Assembly (NCBI GenBank): GCA_963706285.1
Contig: CAVPLU010000004.1
Span: forward strand, 414,654-478,653
Length of the DNA stretch: 64,000 bases
Direction: 5' to 3'
Origin: Candidatus Bathyarchaeota archaeon
GTDB lineage: Archaea; Thermoproteota; Bathyarchaeia; 40CM-2-53-6
In this document: piece after piece, positions 30,984 to 40,866 of the stretch
How the letters are laid out: every line of letters starts with the position of its first letter
Position numbering within the stretch: the first letter of the stretch is position 1
Translations under genes and position numbers: made by a program
Notes under the pieces: model-generated
What the model was told of the DNA's origin: nothing
The model's input: the letters and a program-made list of their open reading frames with translations, nothing else
Databases searched by the model: none

Positions 30984-32627
30984 TTGAGTGCTGAATTTGC
31001 AGGACAGCAAGTCATAATCCTGAAGGAAGGGACTTCCCGTGCTACAGGTCGTGACGCACAACACGCCAGCATCGCCGCAGCTCGTGTGGTAGGAGAGTCG
31101 GTGAAATCGTCCCTTGGCCCAAAGGGAATGGACAAGATGCTCGTTGATGGTTTCGGAGATGTTACGATCACGAACGACGGTGCAACCATTCTAGATGAGA
31201 TGGACGTTCAACACCCGGCCGCAAAGATGTTGGTGGAAGTGGCGAAAGCTCAAGATGACGAGGTCGGTGATGGAACAACGACGGCCGTCGTCTTGACTGG
31301 AGAACTTCTTAGCAAAGCCGAGCAACTGCTCGAAAAGGATGTTCACCCGACAGTAATAGTGGACGGGTACCAGATCGCTGCTCAGAAGGCTCTTGAAATT
31401 CTAGAGGCCATAGCAATCAAAGTCGACCCCGCAGATAAGGCGATGCTCAAGAAAGTCGCAACCGTCTCCTTGGCCACAAAAATGCTGGCGGAGTATGCTG
31501 ATGAAGTGAGCGATTTTTGTGTTCGAGCAATTCTAGAAGTGGCGGAGAAAGATGCCAAGGGCTTCAAAGTCGATATAGACGATGTCAAAGTCGAGAAGAA
31601 ACCGGGAGAGTCACTATCTGACACGAGACTGATCCAAGGCGTTCTGTTGGACAAGGAAGTTGTTCACCCCGGTATGCCGAAGCGCGTCGAGAATGCCAAG
31701 ATTGTGCTCCTAAGCTGCCCGTTGGAGGTTGAGAAGACTGAGTTCGACGCGAAACTCAACATCAAGAATCCAGACCAAATGAAGGGCTTCCTTGATGAAG
31801 AGGAGAAGATGCTGCGGGAAATGGTTGACAAGATCGTCTCAGCAGGCGCGAACGTGGCTATCTGTGAGAAAGGTATCGATGATGTGGCACAACACTTCCT
31901 CGCAAAGAAGGGTGTGCTCGCAGTGCGCCGCGTGAAGCAGTCGGACATGGAGAAGCTTGTGAAAGCGACCGGTGCACACATGGTCACCAGCCTTGAAGAC
32001 CTAGGAGGTAAGGATCTAGGTAATGCACAGCTCGTCGAGGAAAGGAAAGTAGGCGACGACAAGATGACTTTCGTGGAGGGCTGCAAGAATCCGAAGGCTG
32101 TTACGGTGCTAATTAGAGGAGGCACTGAGCGAATTGTTGACGAAGCAGAACGAGCTGTTCACGACGCACTCTGTGTTATCAGAGATGTTATGGTCAACCC
32201 CAGGGTTGTGGCAGGTGGGGGTGCTCCCGAAGCAGAGGTCGCCAAGCGACTGCGAGCATACGCGGACAAGTTCTCAGGCAGAGAACAGCTTGCTGTCCAG
32301 GCTTTTGCCGAATCACTCGAGTTGATACCTATGGTACTTGCGGAGAATGCTGGAATGGATCCGATCGACACTCAAGTTGAGTTGAGAACAAAACACGACC
32401 AAGGATTCATATGGGCTGGCGTCGATCCTTACAAGGGAAAAGTCGCGGACATGGCGAAGCAGAATGTCTACGAGCCTTTGACAGTAAAATTGCAGCTGGT
32501 CAAGTCAGCCAGCGAGGCAGCAGCGATGATTCTGAAGATAGACGACGTGATCGCTGCATCGAAGAAAGAAATGAAGGGACCACCAAAGGGGCCAGAAGAT
32601 AGTGGTGAAGAAGCGGGCGAGTACTAG
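30984..32627 (+). CDS. ths: thermosome (group II chaperonin) subunit
   Basis: SLGPKGMDKML, TNDGATIL, GDGTTT, KIDDVIAA. Confidence 0.97.
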   Translation: MSAEFAGQQVIILKEGTSRATGRDAQHASIAAARVVGESVKSSLGPKGMDKMLVDGFGDVTITNDGATILDEMDVQHPAAKMLVEVAKAQDDEVGDGTTTAVVLTGELLSKAEQLLEKDVHPTVIVDGYQIAAQKALEILEAIAIKVDPADKAMLKKVATVSLATKMLAEYADEVSDFCVRAILEVAEKDAKGFKVDIDDVKVEKKPGESLSDTRLIQGVLLDKEVVHPGMPKRVENAKIVLLSCPLEVEKTEFDAKLNIKNPDQMKGFLDEEEKMLREMVDKIVSAGANVAICEKGIDDVAQHFLAKKGVLAVRRVKQSDMEKLVKATGAHMVTSLEDLGGKDLGNAQLVEERKVGDDKMTFVEGCKNPKAVTVLIRGGTERIVDEAERAVHDALCVIRDVMVNPRVVAGGGAPEAEVAKRLRAYADKFSGREQLAVQAFAESLELIPMVLAENAGMDPIDTQVELRTKHDQGFIWAGVDPYKGKVADMAKQNVYEPLTVKLQLVKSASEAAAMILKIDDVIAASKKEMKGPPKGPEDSGEEAGEY

Positions 32628-32883
32628 GCGCCAAGAGCCCTCTCTCATCGGCCCCAAGAAACTGACTCGTTTCGAGAGGGCAAGAGTGGTTGGCGCTCGT
32701 TCTCTGCAAATCGCCTTGGGAGCCCCTGTTCTGATCGATGTTGATCCAGGAAGCATGTCCCCGATAGACATAGCGACCCAAGAGCTTGAAGCGGGTGCAC
32801 TTCCGATCAGTATCAGAAGAACCTTACCAGATGGAACGAGCCAGAACATTGCCTTAAGGACGCTCATGAGACAGGAAAGCTGA
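32602..32883 (+). CDS. rpoK: DNA-directed RNA polymerase subunit K (Rpo6)
   Basis: LTRFERARVVGARSLQIALGAP...LPISIRRTLPDG. Confidence 0.95.
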   Translation: MVKKRASTRRQEPSLIGPKKLTRFERARVVGARSLQIALGAPVLIDVDPGSMSPIDIATQELEAGALPISIRRTLPDGTSQNIALRTLMRQES

Positions 32884-32884
32884 G

Positions 32885-33112
32885 ATGAAAGAGCTCACGC
32901 ACGCCGACGCTTCTCAGATAAGCGCAGCCAAGAACTGGGGCTACGCTTTCATTCTCCTAGCAGCAGTCTCAGCATTCTTCTTGACTCTGAGGCTGATCGG
33001 GCGAGCTTTCATTGTTCCCGAGTTTGAAGTCCTAGTGATCTATTTGCCGACGGTCATCTGTCTGCTGATCTATGTGACGATGGTGCGGCCTTTCCGTCGA
33101 GCGAACCTATGA
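32885..33112 (+). CDS. small two-TM membrane protein
   Basis: Two hydrophobic helices; starts directly after rpoK. Confidence 0.6.
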   Translation: MKELTHADASQISAAKNWGYAFILLAAVSAFFLTLRLIGRAFIVPEFEVLVIYLPTVICLLIYVTMVRPFRRANL

Positions 33113-33120
33113 TCGTTGAT

Positions 33121-33459
33121 CTACCAGACAGGCCAAGTTTGCCTAGCCGCCTGATGCATTGGCATGCTTATTGGCTGAGGATACCAAGGTTGCGGCTGAG
33201 CTGGGCCTATCGAGCATAGCGGGCAAAGCACAATTTCGAAGTAGGGGCGAACGCATAACCTACAAAGCAGGCGACCGCAACGACCACATATGTTTGTTGC
33301 AACTGCGTCGGGATGGAAAGAGCATAGCGATGAGGCGTTAGGCTCTGCCGTGGCTTCGAACGCAGGTTCCCGAGGACCGATGAGGCTGATGCCACATTTC
33401 AGGCAGTAGTTGGCCTCATCGCGATTGTCATGTCCGCAGCTAGGGCATTCTAGGCTCAT
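33121..33459 (-). CDS. zinc-ribbon plus B-box-like protein
   Basis: CPSCG..NYCLKCG, then CSFHP...CGRCGRLLCRLC...CPLC. Confidence 0.75.
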   Translation of the reverse strand: MSLECPSCGHDNRDEANYCLKCGISLIGPREPAFEATAEPNASSLCSFHPDAVATNICGRCGRLLCRLCVRPYFEIVLCPLCSIGPAQPQPWYPQPISMPMHQAARQTWPVW

Positions 33460-33539
33460 ACACATCGCGTGAAGTTGCCTGTTTTGAACAGTTAACCTTT
33501 GCTGCTCACATGACCAACGAATCCCATAGGTGACGATGT

Positions 33540-34121
33540 TCACTCTATGGACGGTTTCCCATCTTTGAGTCGGAGTTTTATGAGCGTCTTAACCTTCACA
33601 CCCGTCTCCTTCTCCACACGCTTGACGCCTTCAAACTCCACTCTTTCAATGACTGATACGGCATCCGCCAGCTTGATTCCATTGGACAGAAGTTCCTTGA
33701 TGATCGCGACGTAGGTTCCGCCCGTGGCAATTATCGAGTCGACTAGTAGCACCGAGTCTCCTGATCTTAGACCATTTGCGTACATTATCTCCTCAGCGTA
33801 TCCTGTTCTTTTCACGATCTTGATTTCGATTGGCAACATGTAGGATTTCTTTCTGATAACAAGCATCGGGATCCCTGTGACAAGGCTTAGCGCTGCGGCA
33901 ATCTGAATTCCCATAGCCTCTGGCGTGATGATCTTGTTGGACTGCTTCACATTGCTGACTCTTGCGACTTCGAATGCGCAACCCCATAGTGTCTCTGTTG
34001 GAATCTCAGGAACGCCGGAGCTCAGTGGGTTCACGACGTACTCGTAGTAGCCCTGTTTCGATGGAATGCGGACAATAGTTGCTTTTCGTAGATCCTCTCG
34101 TATTGTTTCAAGCCAATCCAA
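33540..34121 (-). CDS. purine phosphoribosyltransferase, archaeal Hpt/Apt-like
   Basis: YEYVVNPLSSGVP, EAMGI, IRKKSY, PRPP loop VLLVDSIIATGGT. Confidence 0.85.
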   Translation of the reverse strand: MDWLETIREDLRKATIVRIPSKQGYYEYVVNPLSSGVPEIPTETLWGCAFEVARVSNVKQSNKIITPEAMGIQIAAALSLVTGIPMLVIRKKSYMLPIEIKIVKRTGYAEEIMYANGLRSGDSVLLVDSIIATGGTYVAIIKELLSNGIKLADAVSVIERVEFEGVKRVEKETGVKVKTLIKLRLKDGKPSIE

Positions 34122-34213
34122 GGAACGAACACGCAGCAGTGCGGCGCGTCTATCCTACATAGCGTTTGTGCACGAACCTGCTGAACTCTCGAAACAAACC
34201 AAACGACTTAGAG

Positions 34214-34726
34214 CTAGGCATTCTCGGAGGGTAGGTCATTCCCTTCTAGAGGGACCACCATTACTAGTGCCTCTGCACCATCAGCGTAATAGTGAGGCAC
34301 CTGCCTTGCCAGTGAGAATCCCAGTCTTTCATACAATTTGATTGCCGATTCGTTGACTGCTCGAACCTCTAGGTAGCATTCTTCGGCCTTCATATCTCGG
34401 AGAGCACCGAGTGCCTGCTTCACGAGCTCCGAAGCAATGCCGGCTCGCCTGAATTCAGGCATAACAGCGATGGAAATGATATGTCCCTTGCGCACGAACT
34501 TCAATCGCTTGACGTCCGAGAAACCATGCTCAACTCGACACATTATGTAACCGACTGCTCGAGTGCCAACCTCGGCGATTCTAAAGGCAGTGGGACAGTT
34601 CTGGGATGTGTCTATGAAAAAGAATGATGCGTAGTTCTCAGGCAGACATGTCCTATTGATCTCAATGACGGATTCGAGATCTTTCGCGTCGAATTGCCGC
34701 AAGGAAAACTTCATTTCCGTCAGCAT
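34214..34726 (-). CDS. N-terminal acetyltransferase, Ard1/RimI family
   Basis: INRTCLPENY, GYIMCRVE, GHIISIAV, LEVRAVN, YYADG. Confidence 0.92.
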   Translation of the reverse strand: MLTEMKFSLRQFDAKDLESVIEINRTCLPENYASFFFIDTSQNCPTAFRIAEVGTRAVGYIMCRVEHGFSDVKRLKFVRKGHIISIAVMPEFRRAGIASELVKQALGALRDMKAEECYLEVRAVNESAIKLYERLGFSLARQVPHYYADGAEALVMVVPLEGNDLPSENA

Positions 34727-34856
34727 CGCGACTCAGACTTTCCATGTCAGCACATGGATACTATAAGGCATTTGGACCGACACTTTTCTGAAGGAATCAA
34801 TACGTTTAAGTGAAGTTGCTATTCGATCCAATGCTTCCGACGGTAGGAATTCAGAC

Positions 34857-35987
34857 TTGTCATCGGTCTCGTGGAGCTTCTCAACTCAAGACAGCTCTCA
34901 CTCTAACCTCATTGAACTCAGAAGGATCGTTCAGCTCAGGTTCAACGTTATTGACGCTTACGTCGATCAGTACGGAATTCCTAACTTCCGCGTCGACAGG
35001 GAAGCTGTGAAAGAGAGGTTCAAGGTTCTTCTAGGTGATCTGAAACCGCTTCAGTTGAGTGCGTCAGTTCGCTCTGACTCGGACAAGCTTCTCATAAGAA
35101 TCTTTCAGAGAGTCCAAGCGCGACGGTCGAACCCCCTCATTAACGTCTTGTTGATGTTTGCCACGATTGGGACCATACTCTTCGCAAGCTACAGCCTAAC
35201 CTACTCGATTGATCCTCAAGTCTTGAAAGCTGTCTTCGGACATCTCGATCTCAATGTGCAGGTTGTGATGTTTGCGGTGTCAATTTTCGGGATCATTGCA
35301 CTCCATGAATCGGGTCACAAATTGTCAGCATCAAGCCACGGGATGGACTCCACTTTTCCGTATTTCATCCCTGGACCGCCGCCCTTTGGGACGTTCGGCG
35401 CAGTGATTTCTTTGAAGAGTCCGCCTGCAAACCGTGACGAATTGTTCGATCTTGGATTCAGTGGGCCAGCGGTTGGGTTTCTAGCTACGATAGTCGTAGC
35501 GATTGTCAGCATACTTACTGCACCCCTGGTATCTCAGGCACAGGTGGATGCCCTTGTGAGTCAAGGATTGCTGTCAGTGCAAGCGTGGCCGAACACGCCC
35601 TTGTTGATGGTTCTTCTGAGTTACCTTGACATCCGCACGGTCCTGCCAGGGCAGACCCTAGTTTTGACGCAGGTCGCTTTTGCTGCGGAGATTGGTGCGC
35701 TGATAACATTCCTGAACATAGTTCCCGCCTGGCAATTGGATGGCGGTCACATCTTTCGAGCCGCACTTGGTCCTCTGGGACATCGCATCTCGACCGGAGT
35801 AGGGCTCGTAGTTTTAGCTCTCGCGGGATACTGGCCTTTTGCATTGTTGATTCTCATTCTAATGTTCACTCGCGGCGGGTTGGCTGGCGTCGAGCCTCTT
35901 GATGATGTGTCAGCGCTCTCCACGAGCAGAAAGGCTTTGTTCGCGCTAGCGATCTTGATACTCGTCCTCTGTTTCATGATATTCTGA
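34857..35987 (+). CDS. site-2 protease (M50) membrane metalloprotease
   Basis: HESGH, FGTFGAVI, NIVPAWQLDGGH. Confidence 0.92.
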   Translation: MSSVSWSFSTQDSSHSNLIELRRIVQLRFNVIDAYVDQYGIPNFRVDREAVKERFKVLLGDLKPLQLSASVRSDSDKLLIRIFQRVQARRSNPLINVLLMFATIGTILFASYSLTYSIDPQVLKAVFGHLDLNVQVVMFAVSIFGIIALHESGHKLSASSHGMDSTFPYFIPGPPPFGTFGAVISLKSPPANRDELFDLGFSGPAVGFLATIVVAIVSILTAPLVSQAQVDALVSQGLLSVQAWPNTPLLMVLLSYLDIRTVLPGQTLVLTQVAFAAEIGALITFLNIVPAWQLDGGHIFRAALGPLGHRISTGVGLVVLALAGYWPFALLILILMFTRGGLAGVEPLDDVSALSTSRKALFALAILILVLCFMIF

Positions 35988-36099
35988 GGCAACAGCAGAA
36001 TACTAACGCCTACCTCTCTGCCTTACATTCCAGCTGACGTGTCCTAGGAAAACTGCACATCAATGCCAGTGCAGCCGGCTCGCCATCACGAATACCGCT

Positions 36100-36795
36100 T
36101 TGCATATCGCTCTATTGCGTGAGACTAGACAGGGTACCGTCTGCAAGAGAGATGAAGTTGTCCAAACAAGCAGGGTTTGCTCGTCTGTGGTCAAAGAGTC
36201 GCTGGAGATCCTTCAAGCAGCCGGTGCCCTAACCACCGTAGATGAGGAGATCCATGTCACAGCAGAACAGCGACTGCGAATAGCAGAAATTGCAGTCATG
36301 AAGGGAGCTGACCCTGAACCGGTAGCCAGAGAGCTTAGCTGGCAGGAATTTGAACGTTTTACCAGTCAAGTCCTGAGTCTCGAGGGATATGTGACTGCAA
36401 ATCATTTTGTCTTCAAGAATCTTGGGCGTAGATACGAGATCGATGTGTTAGGTTCAAAGGAACCAATGGTGCTTTGTGTCGACTGCAAACACTGGCATTA
36501 CGGCTGGGCTCCAAGCAAGGTCAAGGCGGCTGCAAACAGTCAGCTGCTGAGAGCCCAATCACTATCGGAAGTATTCACATCCTATGGGAAGAAACACAAG
36601 ATCGCTGGGTGGCGATCAGTACGGCTCCTACCAATTGTGCTAACGCTCGCTGATCTCTCACCGAAGCTAATGGAAGGCGTCCCGGTTGTGTCTGCGTTCC
36701 GGCTGCGAGACTTCCTATGCCAGGTAAGTCCGTGTACTGAGAGACTCCACTTCATTCATGTCCCATTATCTTCACAGGCTCTTCTGGATTCGTAG
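36100..36795 (+). CDS. Mrr/NERD-like PD-(D/E)xK nuclease-fold protein with N-terminal wHTH
   Basis: LSWQEFE...EIDVLG...VDCKHW. Confidence 0.75.
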   Translation: MHIALLRETRQGTVCKRDEVVQTSRVCSSVVKESLEILQAAGALTTVDEEIHVTAEQRLRIAEIAVMKGADPEPVARELSWQEFERFTSQVLSLEGYVTANHFVFKNLGRRYEIDVLGSKEPMVLCVDCKHWHYGWAPSKVKAAANSQLLRAQSLSEVFTSYGKKHKIAGWRSVRLLPIVLTLADLSPKLMEGVPVVSAFRLRDFLCQVSPCTERLHFIHVPLSSQALLDS

Positions 36796-36804
36796 TCATT
36801 GATT

Positions 36805-38463
36805 CTACTTCTTAGACTCCTCTTCCTTGAGTGTCCGTCTCAGGATCTTGCCTACGAGTGTCTTCGGCAGTGACTCTCTAAATTCGACGAGCCTGGGAGC
36901 TTTGTAATTCGCGATCTTTTCTTTGCAGAATTTGATAATGTCTTCTTCTGTTACTTTTCCCTGGTATCCGGGCTTCAGAGTTACGTAAGCCTTGACGGTT
37001 TCGCCTCTGTATGCGTCCGGGATTCCGATGACTGCTGCTTCGTTGACAGCGGGATGTTCGTATAGTACTTCTTCGACTTCACGGGGCCAGACCTTCAGGC
37101 CGGAAACGTCAATCATGTCTTTCTTCCGATCGACGATGTAGAAATAGCCGTCTTCATCCATCTTGGCGATGTCGCCGGTGAATAGCCATCCACCTTTGAG
37201 CGTGATTTTGGTTTCGTCAGGCTTGTTCCAGTACCCCTGCATGACCTGTGGGCCTTTGAGAACCAACTCGCCTACCTCATTTGTTTTCAAGTCTCTTAGG
37301 CCAGTCTCGAGGTCCACAATCTTTGCCTCGGTGTCCGGAACTGGGATACCTATTGATCCTGGTCTGTTTTTCTTGGGGTCGTCAAGTGGATTGACGTGGG
37401 ACACGGGGCTTGACTCTGTTAGACCATATCCCTCGACCAGTCGGCCGCCGGTCAGTTGCTCGAACTTCTTCTGAACCTCAACCGGCAGCGGCGCGGCTCC
37501 AGAAAGACATGCGCGAACCGTGCTTAGGTCATACTTCTTGATATCCGGTCTGTTGATCAGGGCCACATACATGGTTGGGACACTGCAGAAGACAGTTGCC
37601 TTGTACTTACCGATCGCGCTCAGTATGGCTTTGGGGTCGCGCGGGTCTGGAATCATGAGCATGGTAGTGCCGGTTAGTACAGGTGCGTTCATGGCGCATG
37701 TCATGCCGAATATGTGGAAGAGGGGCAATGCGGTGACGTTGATGTCGATTCCTCGACGGATCGGCAGTTCAACCTCACATTGGGCCGCGTTCGCAATGAG
37801 GTTTCTGTGAGTAATCATCGCGCCCTTGGGAACGCCCGTCGTTCCCCCAGTGTATTGAAGGAGAGCAAGCTCATCAGGCTTGACTGCGACTGGTTTCGGA
37901 TTCGGTCCATACTTCTTCATGACTGCTAGAAAGTCCATAGCTCCGGGGCATTTGTGCGACTTGATTCCTTTCAACGGGGCTAGCGTTCTCAGCAGAGGGG
38001 GAAGGTAGTCACGCGGACTGGTTGTGATTACGTCTCGCAGTTTCGTTCCATCTCGAATCTCCTGAACTATCGGATACAACGTGTCCATGCAAACAAGAGT
38101 CTCCGTTCCAGAATCATTGAGTTGATGCTCCAGCTCCCTTGCCTTGTAGAGAGGGCTACACGCGACACATATCGCTCCTGCACGAAGGGCTCCGTAGAAT
38201 GCGATCACGAACTGCGGGATGTTTGGCAACTGCACGCCTACTCTATCGCCCTTCTTGACTCCCATATCTTGCAGAGCTGCCGCGAATCTGTCCACCAGTC
38301 CGTCTAGCTCACGGTACGAGATGCGCTTTCCAAAGTAGATGATTGCGGGATTGTCGGCAAAATTCTGCGCCGATTGTCTGAGCGCCTCGCTCAGCGTGAC
38401 ATTCGGATAATCGATTGATCTTGGGACTTCTTTTGGATAGAATCTAAACCAAGGTTTTTCCAA
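36805..38463 (-). CDS. long-chain fatty acid--CoA ligase
   Basis: QYTGGTTGVPKG, EGYGLTE, TGDIA, DRKKDMI, PKTLVGKILRR. Confidence 0.93.
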   Translation of the reverse strand: MEKPWFRFYPKEVPRSIDYPNVTLSEALRQSAQNFADNPAIIYFGKRISYRELDGLVDRFAAALQDMGVKKGDRVGVQLPNIPQFVIAFYGALRAGAICVACSPLYKARELEHQLNDSGTETLVCMDTLYPIVQEIRDGTKLRDVITTSPRDYLPPLLRTLAPLKGIKSHKCPGAMDFLAVMKKYGPNPKPVAVKPDELALLQYTGGTTGVPKGAMITHRNLIANAAQCEVELPIRRGIDINVTALPLFHIFGMTCAMNAPVLTGTTMLMIPDPRDPKAILSAIGKYKATVFCSVPTMYVALINRPDIKKYDLSTVRACLSGAAPLPVEVQKKFEQLTGGRLVEGYGLTESSPVSHVNPLDDPKKNRPGSIGIPVPDTEAKIVDLETGLRDLKTNEVGELVLKGPQVMQGYWNKPDETKITLKGGWLFTGDIAKMDEDGYFYIVDRKKDMIDVSGLKVWPREVEEVLYEHPAVNEAAVIGIPDAYRGETVKAYVTLKPGYQGKVTEEDIIKFCKEKIANYKAPRLVEFRESLPKTLVGKILRRTLKEEESKK

Positions 38464-38762
38464 AGAATTAGCACCAATCTGCTACGCTAGTTGAATGTAT
38501 AAAACGCTACCTACAGTACGTTGGCTATCGGCGATGAGCGAAAAATGGTCTGATAGTGTTCTCTTCCAAGTCACACGATTGCGCCAGAGTTGCGTGGATC
38601 ACACTGCCTCTCTTGTGTGCTTGGTAGGTCTCCGCGCGACACAAGTGCGTAGGATCTGATGGACCATCTGGTCGCGAAAAGCCTAGGCTAGAAGCAGATC
38701 TGAATCAGTTGAGAAAGAGAGTGAAAAGAAATGGAGCGGTTCGGTGTGAGCAGTTAGTCTTG

Positions 38763-39974
38763 CTACTTTCCTGCTTCTTCCCATTTCCTCCAGGCTGCGA
38801 AGTCTGATCCGAGCAGTTGCAGAGCGATTACGATCTTCTGAGCATTTCTTGTTCCCTCTGCAACTATCGCCTGTCTCGTTGTCCTGAATGCTTGCTGCAC
38901 GTCGTAGTCTGTGGTAGTTCCCATTCCGCCAAACCACTCAACTACATCGCTGATTGCCTTCATGCATGATTCAGAAGCTACCAGTTTGGCGCAGGACGCA
39001 GCCATCATCGCGTCGTAGAATGATGCCCTCCCGTCGTGGTATCTGTCCACGAGCCATGCAGCACGATAGCATAGCCATCGGGCTGCCAAAACGTTCGCAT
39101 AATCCTCAGCGAGTTCGAACTGCATACCCTCGTGGCCAGCTAGTGGTCGACCGAAAGATCGCCGCTGCTTGATATGTTCCATTCCCGCCTCAAGGCATTT
39201 CTCCGCACCCGCCACAATCGCCATAGTAGTCGGGACTCGTGCGTGGACGAAGCATTCGTACGTCATCTGATAGCCTGTTCCCTCAAAGCCTATGAGGCAG
39301 TGTTCCGGCACTTCCGTATTCTCATATCTCACGCCGCCGAGATCTATCCCCATTCCCTCGAAGAGCGATGTCGTGATGCCTTTCGATGTTGTTGGAATGT
39401 AGAGGAGGCTTAGACCTTTCGATCCAAGTTCAGGCTTGGTCTTGACAGAAGTGATGAAGCCTCCCCCGTACTTCATTGCTTCGGGGACGCAGCTGAGTAT
39501 CTGCTTCTCTCCGTTGACGATGTAACCTGTATCGGTCTTCTTCGCTGTGGTTGTGATTGCAGTGAAGTCGGTGCCGCAGCCAGGCTCGGTGTTGTGGAGT
39601 GGGGTGATCCAACCATCCTTCACAACCTTAGGGAGAACTTCTTCTTTCAGTTCCGCGTTTCCGTATACGGCGAGAACGCGGGCACATGTGGCCCCGTACC
39701 AGACTGGGATTCCTGCGACGCCGGTTGGGTCAGCTTTGGTTAGTTCTTCTACAGCGATTGTGAAGGTGACATAGTCTGCTTCGCTTCCGCCCCACTCTTT
39801 GGGGAGCAATAATCCAAATAGGCCCTGACCTGTAATCGCTTTGTGAACTTCAGGCGTGATCATTCGCGCCTTCAATATTTCTTTGGATTTCGGCGTCAAG
39901 TTCTTCGCATAATAGTCTTTGAGTGTCCGTCTGAACAGTTCCTGCTCTTCAGTGAAGCCAAAATCTATGGGCAT
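38763..39974 (-). CDS. acyl-CoA dehydrogenase
   Basis: FGFTEEQELFR, TEPGCGTD, NGEK, QRRSFGRPL, FGGMG, AEGT. Confidence 0.9.
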   Translation of the reverse strand: MPIDFGFTEEQELFRRTLKDYYAKNLTPKSKEILKARMITPEVHKAITGQGLFGLLLPKEWGGSEADYVTFTIAVEELTKADPTGVAGIPVWYGATCARVLAVYGNAELKEEVLPKVVKDGWITPLHNTEPGCGTDFTAITTTAKKTDTGYIVNGEKQILSCVPEAMKYGGGFITSVKTKPELGSKGLSLLYIPTTSKGITTSLFEGMGIDLGGVRYENTEVPEHCLIGFEGTGYQMTYECFVHARVPTTMAIVAGAEKCLEAGMEHIKQRRSFGRPLAGHEGMQFELAEDYANVLAARWLCYRAAWLVDRYHDGRASFYDAMMAASCAKLVASESCMKAISDVVEWFGGMGTTTDYDVQQAFRTTRQAIVAEGTRNAQKIVIALQLLGSDFAAWRKWEEAGK

Positions 39975-39980
39975 GACAAA

Positions 39981-40775
39981 TCACTTGCCTTTGAACTCCG
40001 GCTTTCGTTTGGACATGAAGGCTGAGACTCCTTCCATAACGTCCTTCGTCGAAAGCACGATGCCAAATGCCTCGGATTCAAACTTAAGCCCTATGTCCAG
40101 CGGTACCTGCGTCGCATAGTTCAGAGCATGTTTAGCGGCCTTCAAAGCTATAGGCGGCCCGTCCACGAAGTTCTTTGCGAATGTCTTGGTCTCCTCAACC
40201 AACTTGGCTAATGGCACAACCTTGGTGACTAGGCCAATTCTCAGAGCCTCTTGTGCAGTAATCCGGTCCCCAAGCATTACGAGCTCCTTAGCCTTGGCTA
40301 GCCCAACGATGCGAGTAAGCCTCTGGGTTCCTCCCCAACCTGGTATTAAGCCGAGTTTGATTTCGGTCGGTCCGAGCTGTGCGCTCTCAGACGCGATTCT
40401 GAAATCGCAGGCGAGAGAGACCTCGAGGCCGCCTCCCAGCGCGTAGCCGTTTATGCAGGCTATCACGGGCTTACCGAGTTTCTCAATTTGTGCAGTAAGC
40501 TCGTGGCCTTTCATCGACGCGTCTACTGCCATCGATGGGGTTACTCCCGTGAATGATGTGACATCTGCCCCAGCGCTGAAGGCTTTCTCCCCAGCGCCTG
40601 TAACGACGACGCATTTCACTTCCTTATCTGAATCGAAATCGCCTAGTGCTGAGACGAACTCATTCATCATGTCAAGCGTCATCGTGTTGAGTCTGTGAGG
40701 TCGATTGAGTGTAATCCAGCCTACGCCTTCTTCCTTCTTCACTATGATATCTTGGTAGGTCTTACCTTCGCTCAA
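39981..40775 (-). CDS. enoyl-CoA hydratase
   Basis: AFSAGAD, GYALGGGLE, EIKLGLIPGWGGTQRL. Confidence 0.93.
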   Translation of the reverse strand: MSEGKTYQDIIVKKEEGVGWITLNRPHRLNTMTLDMMNEFVSALGDFDSDKEVKCVVVTGAGEKAFSAGADVTSFTGVTPSMAVDASMKGHELTAQIEKLGKPVIACINGYALGGGLEVSLACDFRIASESAQLGPTEIKLGLIPGWGGTQRLTRIVGLAKAKELVMLGDRITAQEALRIGLVTKVVPLAKLVEETKTFAKNFVDGPPIALKAAKHALNYATQVPLDIGLKFESEAFGIVLSTKDVMEGVSAFMSKRKPEFKGK

Positions 40776-40866
40776 TTCTGAAAACCTCTGACGGAAAAGC
40801 GTTCACACTACCCACTATAAGAAACCCTCTACAACCTACTGTTGACTGCCGACTCGGTGGGTCTGT

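Noticed and set aside
29534-31189. 551-aa ORF with a long N-terminal extension on the DegT gene
   Set aside because: The extension is antisense to the thermosome gene and its promoter; homology starts at MIPINQP.
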